Assembly (NCBI GenBank): GCA_011390785.1
Contig: JAABRR010000018.1
Coordinates: 13,208 to 77,207, forward strand
Direction of reading: 5' to 3'
DNA: 64,000 nt
DNA from: Sphingobacteriia bacterium
GTDB lineage: Bacteria > Bacteroidota > Bacteroidia > Bacteroidales > UBA7960
Below the pieces are notes generated by a model. The model saw only the letters and a program-made list of their open reading frames with translations, was not told the DNA's origin and searched no databases. The translations under genes and the position numbers were made by a program. This document shows, one piece after another, positions 10,401 through 16,712 of this stretch; position 1 is the stretch's first letter; every line of letters begins with the position of its first letter.

Positions 10401-10640
10401 CATTTCGTCGTCTAGCGCTTGTTTGATAAAATCATCGGGTTGATTCCATAAACTATAGTTAAAGTTGGTACCGATGGGGAAATAGTCCCAGTTCATGCCA
10501 TTTACCATGAAGGGCTTTCCGTCAACCATCATCTTCCAATCGCCTGCGGTTTTTTCAACGGTCACTTTCTGGAACTCAGCCTGAGCCATCAGTGAGAAAG
10601 ATAAACCACACAGGATAATAAATAATTTAATGTGTTTCAT
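7488..10640 (-). CDS. Clan GH-A (GH2 TIM-barrel-like) glycoside hydrolase fused to a predicted outer-membrane beta-barrel
   Basis: Sec signal peptide. The N-terminal ~430 aa carry MGVNAIRVY, LGNENN (E170) and LTEFG (E275). The C-terminal ~600 aa are a series of amphipathic beta-strands ending NEWEIRTYVLINIGN. Confidence 0.75.
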   Translation of the reverse strand: MKHIKLFIILCGLSFSLMAQAEFQKVTVEKTAGDWKMMVDGKPFMVNGMNWDYFPIGTNFNYSLWNQPDDFIKQALDDEMSLLKNMGVNAIRVYTGIQPKWITYIYENYGIYTMLNHSFGRYGLTIDGTWVAVTHYDDAATQDLLLAEVSQLADEYKGTPGLLLFLLGNENNYGLFWAGAETEDFPDQEDQIKAVGENRGRPMYRLMNEASMKIKSIDGSVPVAICNGDVLFLDIIAEECPEVDILGINTYRGVTFTDLFDRVRDEYGKPVLLTEFGSDAFNAVTNQEDQQAQAFYKVNNWKDVYENAAGFGRAGNSIGGFSFQFSDGWWKFGQTEGLSQHDNNASWENGGYEFDHVPGQNNMNEEWFGICAKGPTNDKGFYQLYPRAAYYALKEAHKFDPYAPGKTLNSLNEHFSNIQVVESFLKARGDKAALNAERNGRIRLSRLTAELTTFNTGGSLITTPDNPAPSNTTYPNQLGFQDMQSFFVGVEANPSANFRANVEFNILGNVAENPIDQIFYENRGRPVTVRGTDGNVSLQSINRLQVYRASYQWNHEYFNLDGFYRTGHYHWGYEGDFFGLYPEANYGPQIDIYNGVAPFGFEMEGKKQFDGLKLAFGPQLWWGANPALLLKYSKSLAGINFSGIYHEDLDQLGLTESSFAIPQPKTRRVTLHANKEFGNFELDLGGIWAGQPLQGREFQMVSDEEGDNNVYVDEINSNDNWGGKIKLSYMKGNINWYAQSAVMGLVAQGGADYTRTFTGWRLKDSGSGNQYNFLSGINVILGDLQIAPNFMWQQPIVGPIPNDVAAPGRPRNILEDPFVVRSNRETIAGEILFTYDPTPETWMYDWESDRAEDAEFAVSAGFVYRHHPTTMDAAIGILPDGRTTFAFPGSPPAKDLWEVHARLVSKLTPEFGWIANIYGGEAQANGSDPRTINRIGMDLRMIYKKVRLNSFVRVNDWGPYDYHRDFNLTFPLQLMADISTTLGKPDWFELPDTRIGIRGTFRTLDQYSPRYSPTQTIDGSGALVPDPTAIGFDNGNEWEIRTYVLINIGN

Positions 10641-10806
10641 ACATAATGTGTTTAGGTTTGATGAATTGAGTTAATATGAATGTAAAGAAATTGTTAATCA
10701 GAGTCTAAATGTAAGATGTTTCATGTGTTAAAAGCAACTATACATTTCATATACAACAAATCTCAACCGGCATTAGAATCAAGGTATGTAATCTGCAAAA
10801 GCAGGT

Positions 10807-10824
10807 TACGCAAACGTTTACGGA
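10807..10824. promoter_or_regulatory. LacI-family operator upstream of the glucan operon
   Basis: TACGCAAACGTTTACGGA is a near-palindrome with the central AAACGTTT core characteristic of LacI/PurR/CcpA operators, ~170 bp upstream of the first gene. Confidence 0.65.
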
Positions 10825-11193
10825 AAAGTGATTTTTAATGAAATTGTGGGTTTTTAACAGGGGTGTATATACTTTGTTAATAACTCGAAGGGGAAGGGAG
10901 CCGGAAGCCCGAAGTTGGAAAGGGGGCTAAACTTTGAACTCTTTCTTAAAAGGCTGGAGGTGGTCGGACGACTTTAAGTTCGTCCTGATACTATGAAGAA
11001 AATTACGGTGTTTTCACATCTAACAGCCATCTCAGCTTTTCATCAATACCGTATTTCTACCAGCCGCTCTGGTAGGATACAAGGATTTCCTTCTAATAAG
11101 GAAATTATGGCCTAATAAACATCTGTAATTTGGTTTAAAACTGTGTATCATTAAGGGGTAAAGTTAAAAATTATTGAATTTCCTAAGCTTTGA

Positions 11194-11277
11194 TTATTTG
11201 TTTCTTTTTATCCAATAATCAAGAATTGTTATTCTGTCATTATGGGCTGTTCTTGACCAGATTACTTGTTTTACCAT
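11194..11277 (-). pseudogene. Truncated RelE/ParE-family toxin
   Basis: The ATG overlaps the antitoxin 3' end. It reads MVKQVIWSRTAHNDRITILDYWIKRNK then TAA. This is a ParE-like N-terminus (IW S..A......I.DY...RN) with the rest lost. Confidence 0.65.
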
Positions 11278-11498
11278 TCGTCAACATCTTTATTCGACTC
11301 TTCATTCGTTAAACAATCTCTACTCTCAATTTGGTTTATTGCTTTATCAATCGTTCTTTTATGCCCATCACTCAGCCTGAAAATTTGATTTTCAAAACAT
11401 GAATCATCGATTGGTTTGTTGATGTCATTTAAAAGATCATCATCGTCAATAACACTAATCTTATCTATCAACCTATGCCTTAATTCTTTTGTTTTCAT
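11271..11498 (-). CDS. Putative antitoxin (addiction-module component) of a RelE/ParE pair
   Basis: 75-aa acidic helical protein (ELRHRLIDKI..IDD..LL; LSD..KR.ID.AI.QIE...LTNEE.NK.VDEW) directly upstream of the ParE-like fragment. Confidence 0.6.
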   Translation of the reverse strand: MKTKELRHRLIDKISVIDDDDLLNDINKPIDDSCFENQIFRLSDGHKRTIDKAINQIESRDCLTNEESNKDVDEW

Positions 11499-11618
11499 AG
11501 TTTAACATTTTATCAAAAACACAAATTTTTAAACCTTTTTATCAATCTACTTCCGTTGCCACCGGAACGATGGATACAGGCCTGCCCTGGCTGGTTTCTT
11601 AATATCAATACTATTGCC

Positions 11619-11626
11619 TATTTTTG
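11619..11626 (+). promoter_or_regulatory. Bacteroidota sigma-A -7 element
   Basis: TATTTTTG matches TAnnTTTG and ends 17 nt before ATG 11643. Confidence 0.45.
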
Positions 11627-11642
11627 TTACAAAATTCGGTTT

Positions 11643-12179
11643 ATGGAGCTGGAAAAGCTGCTTTCAGAAATATCAGGAATATTAAGTCGATTAAATATTA
11701 ACTATTTAATTACCGGAAGTATAGCTTGTAATGTTTATACCATACCAAGAGCAACCCGGGATATTGACGTAATAGTTGAGCTTTTCGAACAAGATTTAGC
11801 AGGCTTTATAGGGGCTCTTAACGGTAATTTCTACTTTAATAAACAGTCAATTTATGAAGAAGTGAAGCGAAAGGGAATGTTCAATATTATCCATTTGCAT
11901 AGTAGCTATAAGGTTGATCTGATTATCCGATCTAATGATGCTTTTGAAATTTCTAAGTTTACCAGACGCAAATCCATTAATATTTTTGGTATAAATACCT
12001 TTATAATAACCTTGGAAGATCTGGTCATTTCTAAACTTCGGTGGATACAACAATTAGAGAGTGAACAACATAAGCGTGATATCATTTCTTTGCTTCGTAA
12101 TCCTAAAGCAGACATGGAATATATCAGGCAATGGTGCAAAGAGCTCAATTTAAAAACCTATAACCTTTTCCAGGTATGA
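11643..12179 (+). CDS. Nucleotidyltransferase-fold toxin-like protein (MenT/AbiEii/DUF6036-like)
   Basis: Probable start MELEKLL at 11643. Pol-beta NTase motifs LITGSIA...PRATRDIDVIV, KVDLII and EDLVISKL...KRDI. Confidence 0.75.
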   Translation: MELEKLLSEISGILSRLNINYLITGSIACNVYTIPRATRDIDVIVELFEQDLAGFIGALNGNFYFNKQSIYEEVKRKGMFNIIHLHSSYKVDLIIRSNDAFEISKFTRRKSINIFGINTFIITLEDLVISKLRWIQQLESEQHKRDIISLLRNPKADMEYIRQWCKELNLKTYNLFQV

Positions 12180-12439
12180 CCAAACCTTTAACCTCGTATA
12201 TGCAAGATACAAGCCCCGATATGCAAGAATATCAGTATCGTTTAATTATGGCAAAAACTCCCGAGGAGCGTTTCATAATGGGTGTTGAGATGTCAGAAGC
12301 GGGCAGAAATATGATGCTATGGGGAATAAAACACGAAAAACCCGGCCTTACTGATGAAGAATATAGAGTTGAACTCCTGAAAAGAATGATTTTACACGAT
12401 AAGACCCTGGAATGGCTAATAGCTTATCTGCCGGAATGA
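12176..12439 (+). CDS. Small helical partner protein, MenA1-like putative antitoxin
   Basis: ATGA overlap with the NTase gene. Motif DTSP.MQ..Q..LIM..TPEER...G.EM....R.....GI....P.L...E.R.EL is typical of small proteins paired with these NTases. Confidence 0.6.
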   Translation: MTKPLTSYMQDTSPDMQEYQYRLIMAKTPEERFIMGVEMSEAGRNMMLWGIKHEKPGLTDEEYRVELLKRMILHDKTLEWLIAYLPE

Positions 12440-12504
12440 ATTAAGGCTTAGAAATTGGGATCTCAACCCTCTCAATCTGCTACCATTACTGTCATTTATT
12501 CATT

Positions 12505-12889
12505 TTTTACTTAATCAATTCTGTATATCCACCAGCCGCCTTGGCATGCTGATCTTTTTTGATGTGTTTAGGGTAGGTTTTTAAAGCAAGGGTTACCATT
12601 TATCCGACACCACCAGTATCTGATTACCGAAGATGCCTGACGAATCGCTCTCAAAAGGGTATCTCATCTGGCAGTTGTTTTGGTATCTGTTCTATTACTT
12701 TGCTGATCAAGACCAAATCATGATGTTGGATTGTTATGGTACTGTTCTCAAATTGGGCGTAGCAACTGCTGTTATGGCTAAGGGTTACATTGTAATGGCT
12801 TACCCTCCCATAGCGGACAGCCAGCATCAGATGTGCGAAGCCTTTTACAGTTTTGATTCGGGATCGGGCATAATTTTACTTTCGCTCAT
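12505..12889 (-). pseudogene. Probable decayed nucleotidyltransferase toxin gene
   Basis: The ATG (MSESKIM) overlaps the end of the 64-aa ORF. Fragments in shifting frames read MGG*AIT (cf. GGYAV), DLVLISK and RRLVDIQN (cf. KDL.DI), interrupted by several stops. Boundaries are approximate. Confidence 0.35.
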
Positions 12890-13070
12890 GCGGATAGATA
12901 TGAAAGTTCTGATCCGGCTCCGTTTTCCTGGGTGGGTAAAGGGTATGGCACAGTTCTGACATTTGCAGGTAAATCCGCAACCGGTCAACAGGGTCCATCT
13001 CCAATGCCAACTTCAGGCTCCCGGCTTTCGATTCTTCTTTGGTGTTGTAACTTACCTTAACAGTTCTCAT
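12876..13070 (-). CDS. Small putative antitoxin of an NTase-type TA pair
   Basis: 64 aa with the pattern TKEES....L..AL.M.P.DRL..YL.M, seen in small Bacteroidota proteins that precede NTases. Confidence 0.5.
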   Translation of the reverse strand: MRTVKVSYNTKEESKAGSLKLALEMDPVDRLRIYLQMSELCHTLYPPRKTEPDQNFHIYPHERK

Positions 13071-13250
13071 CCTGATCCAGTTTTACAGCTGCCTTTTCTA
13101 TCAATTGATTGATGGCAGCATCCTTGCAACTCCTTTGGTCATTGATGGTTTGATTTAAAAACGATGAAATGATAGAAAGGTAAGTTGGTTGGAAAGGTTT
13201 ATAAAATATTCAGATCGAAAACTGGCTACCTGGGTCGAATAACCCTTCTC

Positions 13251-14648
13251 TTATTCTTTTATTATTTCCCGCTCATGATAGAGCACATCGAGTTCGGTTT
13301 TCTTTCGGGCAATTGCAGCCTGCATTAGCTCAATCTGATTAAGGAGTTGTTCCTGCTTTTCTTCCGTGCCTTCAATTTCCTGATTATTGGCGAAGGTTTG
13401 TTCGAGCATTTCCAGCTTGTCAGTATCTGACTCAATCGATTCTTCTGTTTTTTGAATTTTGGTTTCCAGTTCGGCCAAACGGCTGGTTTCCCTGAATTCC
13501 TGGTTTTCTTTGCGCGATTCGGCATTCTCATCAATTCGTTTGTTAAGAATATCGAAGGCGGTTTGCAGGCGTGCATAGAGTTTTTCGCGTTCCATGCCAC
13601 GCATTTTGCGCCCCTTAAAATCGGCCTGTATTTTAATAAGAAATGCTTTGGCTTTTTTTAGTTCCCATGAGTGTTGAGCCAGTTCAAAAGCCTTCTCAAC
13701 AAGAGGTGTTAGATGTTGAATGTTTTCATCGGCTATTTTTTCGAAGGCATCCTGATCGTCAAATTCATCAGATTTAAGTTTGCTGAAAAGGTCTTGAAGC
13801 TGATCATATAAAACATTGCGCGATTCTTTTTCCAGCTTATGTTCTTTAAATTCCTTTTGAATGGAAAGCAGCAAATCCCATTTTTGCTTAAAATCGGGGT
13901 TCGACTCCAGTTCTTTTACCGCAAGCTGAAGTTGTTGATCAATATAGTGGGCATTTTTGCGAGCTTTTGCCTGTAAATCAACCTGCATCTCTTCTTTTCT
14001 CAATTTTAGTATTTCAAATCCGGCCTGAAGCCTGTCGATGAGTTTTTTGCGGTGAACAAAAACCAGGTCTGAATCAGTAACTTTATCCTTGGTTTTTAAC
14101 AACAGAGCCCATATCTTGACTATATCACCGTTATCACATTTCTTTACCACAAATTCTACTTCATCGTCTAAAACTTCAAAATATTCACCTGACAATTCTT
14201 CCTTTTCCCTGTTTTGTTCTTCTTTGCGTTTTCTAGCAAGATCAAAAAGTTGTTGCAATGTATCATAAAGTTGTTCTCTCTCTTCAGCAACAAGTTTTCT
14301 TCCTTTAAACATATTTTGTACTTCAACAAGCCTTTTCCATACCAGATCAATTTCTCCTAGGTTTTTTTGGGTATAATCTATTGTTTGAATAATTTGCTCT
14401 TTCAGAAAATCGTAGTTCTCGGCTGCTTCTCTTTCAAAATCTTGCTGCATTTCCTGCTGCAACTTTCTTATTTTATGAAACAAAGTTTCAAGGGCATTTT
14501 TTAATTCAGTTGTTTCTTCTGGCAAAAATTGCTGAGAAGAAATTTCATTTTGCAATTTAATAAGGGATAGTTTAACCTTTTTCAAGTTTGATTTTGAAAG
14601 TCTTTTTTCAAGTTCTGTTATTTGTTTGGTAAAAGCTTCGAACGACAT
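13251..14648 (-). CDS. Alpha-helical repeat protein (DUF349-like)
   Basis: Probable start MSFEAF at 14648. Five ~75-80-aa repeats with L..IQ..FK..KL....R..LY..LQ..F, plus a C-terminal coiled coil. Confidence 0.65.
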   Translation of the reverse strand: MSFEAFTKQITELEKRLSKSNLKKVKLSLIKLQNEISSQQFLPEETTELKNALETLFHKIRKLQQEMQQDFEREAAENYDFLKEQIIQTIDYTQKNLGEIDLVWKRLVEVQNMFKGRKLVAEEREQLYDTLQQLFDLARKRKEEQNREKEELSGEYFEVLDDEVEFVVKKCDNGDIVKIWALLLKTKDKVTDSDLVFVHRKKLIDRLQAGFEILKLRKEEMQVDLQAKARKNAHYIDQQLQLAVKELESNPDFKQKWDLLLSIQKEFKEHKLEKESRNVLYDQLQDLFSKLKSDEFDDQDAFEKIADENIQHLTPLVEKAFELAQHSWELKKAKAFLIKIQADFKGRKMRGMEREKLYARLQTAFDILNKRIDENAESRKENQEFRETSRLAELETKIQKTEESIESDTDKLEMLEQTFANNQEIEGTEEKQEQLLNQIELMQAAIARKKTELDVLYHEREIIKE

Positions 14649-15035
14649 GATACAATTGTTGGTTTGGTTATTTTTTGAAACCTGTTTACAGCCTGTCGTG
14701 GTTCTTTTATTCAAAACAATGGCTGTTTTTAGGCTTCTGATACGAAATTAACCTTATTTTATAAACAATTAAAGCAATGGGGTATAAATTTAACCTTGTA
14801 CATAAAAGAAAGGAAACCGTTAAGGCTTATAAGGCAGTAAGGCCTTGAAAGCTTATTGCGAAGCGGTTTCATTTCCTGCCTTTCCTGTTATATGGCAGAC
14901 ATAGGGTTATTTTTTATTTGGAATGTTTTTTGGTTAAAAAATAAAAAAGGCAATTAAAAGTTATTGTAATTCCCTTAATTGTGCCAGTCATTTTATATAT
15001 TTAACCCTGCTAAGAATAAGTAAAACCCTAAACGT

Positions 15036-15854
15036 ATGAATTTTTCAACTAAAAAAAACTGTCAGCGGGTTTCAATTTTTGTACTTTTTTTTATACAATT
15101 TCTATTTACTCTGCAAGGCCAGGAGCTTAGAAAAATATATAACGATTCGTTTCAACGGGGAGAGAAAATCAGCTATCGTGTATTTTATGATAGTTTTCTT
15201 ACAGGAAATATTCTTGCAGGAGAAGCTTACCTGGAAATACAAAATAACTCTCAGGTAATTGATGGAAGATCAACCATACCTATTGTTGGTTATGGAGAGT
15301 CAAAAGGAGCTTTCAACTTTTTCTTTAAAGTAAGAAACCGCTACGAAACTTTTCTTGATGCAGATGCCATGGCGCCACTAATGTTTACCCGAAACATTCG
15401 TGAAGGTAATTACCGTCGCAACCAACAGGTTTATTTCGATCATTACTCACAGGTAGCGCGGAGTAACACCGATACCATTGAAACGGTTCCTTATATTCAG
15501 GATATTATATCAGCGTTTTATTATTTAAGAACCTATAATTTTGATGATGCCCGAGTGGGGGATATCTACAACGTAGAGTTTTTTCTTGATGATGAAGTCT
15601 TTTCTACAAGGGTAATTTTTGATGGACGCGAAGAAATAAAAACCCGTGTTGGGACTTTTAAAACGCTTCGCTTTAAACCCGAAGTCCTTACCGGCGACGT
15701 ATTTAGCCAACCTTACCCAATGACCTTATGGATATCTGACGATAAAAATAAGATTCCTATCCTGGCTCAATCTGCCATTTTGGTGGGTAGTGTTAAAATG
15801 GAGCTGACTGACTACGAAGGGCTGAGAAACCCTCTTTCTTCTAAAATTAAATAG
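15036..15854 (+). CDS. DUF3108-domain exported protein
   Basis: Signal peptide; FQRGEKISY, FFKVRNRYET, DIISAFYYLR, LWISDDKNKIP and VGSVKMEL motifs. Confidence 0.8.
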   Translation: MNFSTKKNCQRVSIFVLFFIQFLFTLQGQELRKIYNDSFQRGEKISYRVFYDSFLTGNILAGEAYLEIQNNSQVIDGRSTIPIVGYGESKGAFNFFFKVRNRYETFLDADAMAPLMFTRNIREGNYRRNQQVYFDHYSQVARSNTDTIETVPYIQDIISAFYYLRTYNFDDARVGDIYNVEFFLDDEVFSTRVIFDGREEIKTRVGTFKTLRFKPEVLTGDVFSQPYPMTLWISDDKNKIPILAQSAILVGSVKMELTDYEGLRNPLSSKIK

Positions 15855-15935
15855 GCATCTTACCGCTCAGGCCAAAATAGTTACATCAGAAAATTTTCAG
15901 TGCCTGGCAATAATGTCTTGTTATCCTTAGGTAAA

Positions 15936-16712
15936 TTATTCCTGATCCTTTGGAGTGTTTTTTTGCATAATTCCTTCCAGAAAATCAAAACTTACCAATT
16001 CAGTTTTTTGCAAAAAATAAGAGAGAGAAACTTTCAGTACTCCCAAACCATAAATCATGCTTCTTTTAAAATTAATAGAAGATGCTTCTTCAAAATAGCG
16101 CGTGGGGCAGGTTATTTCGGCAATTTCATAACCGGCATAAAAAATTTGTGCAATAATCTGGTTGTCGAAAATAAAATCGTTGGAGTTTTTCTCAAAAGGA
16201 ATATGTCGCAATACTTCACCTGAGAAAGCCCGGTATCCGGTATGGTATTCAGAGAGTTTCTGGTTCATAACGATATTCTGAAACAAGGTAAGAAAGCGGT
16301 TGGCCACGTATTTGTAAAGTGGCATTCCACCTTTCAGGGCACCCCGGCCCAATATACGTGAAGAAAAAACCACATCATACACATTGTTGGCAATTACATA
16401 GCACATTGAGTGAATCAACTTTGGCGTATATTGATAATCAGGATGCAGCATTACAACAATATCAGAATTTAATTCCAGGGCTTTTTTATAGCAAGTCTTT
16501 TGGTTGCCACCATAGCCCAGGTTTTCTTCATGATTAATAATATGCTCAATACCCAGCCGGCGCGCTACCTGTAAGGTATCATCACGGCTGTTATCATCAA
16601 CCAGAATAACATGATCAACTATATCAAAAGGGATTTCGTTGAAAGTTTTTTCTATGGTTTTGCCGGCATTATAGGCAGGCAAAACAACTGTTATAATTTT
16701 ATTATTGATCAT
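15936..16712 (-). CDS. GT2 glycosyltransferase (ArnC/polyprenol-phosphate sugar synthase-like)
   Basis: VVLPAYNA, LVDDNSRD, NLGYGG, MLHPDYQY and LSEYHTGYRAF motifs. Confidence 0.85.
   Translation of the reverse strand: MINNKIITVVLPAYNAGKTIEKTFNEIPFDIVDHVILVDDNSRDDTLQVARRLGIEHIINHEENLGYGGNQKTCYKKALELNSDIVVMLHPDYQYTPKLIHSMCYVIANNVYDVVFSSRILGRGALKGGMPLYKYVANRFLTLFQNIVMNQKLSEYHTGYRAFSGEVLRHIPFEKNSNDFIFDNQIIAQIFYAGYEIAEITCPTRYFEEASSINFKRSMIYGLGVLKVSLSYFLQKTELVSFDFLEGIMQKNTPKDQE

Noticed and set aside
1..10640. Apparently higher GC of the glucan operon as evidence of horizontal transfer
   Set aside because: A visual impression only and not computed. Housekeeping genes such as groEL and leuS look similar, and no mobility genes flank the locus.
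11556..11642. Upstream TTG extension of the NTase ORF (similarly the longer starts at 7498, 14714, 24314, 37477, 39116, 42605, 45824 and 48698)
   Set aside because: The extensions overlap promoter-like elements or neighbouring genes, or precede the signal peptide or family N-terminus. Downstream ATGs fit better.
12633..12959. 108-aa + strand ORF
   Set aside because: No motif and an odd composition. It lies antisense to what looks like a decayed NTase gene.
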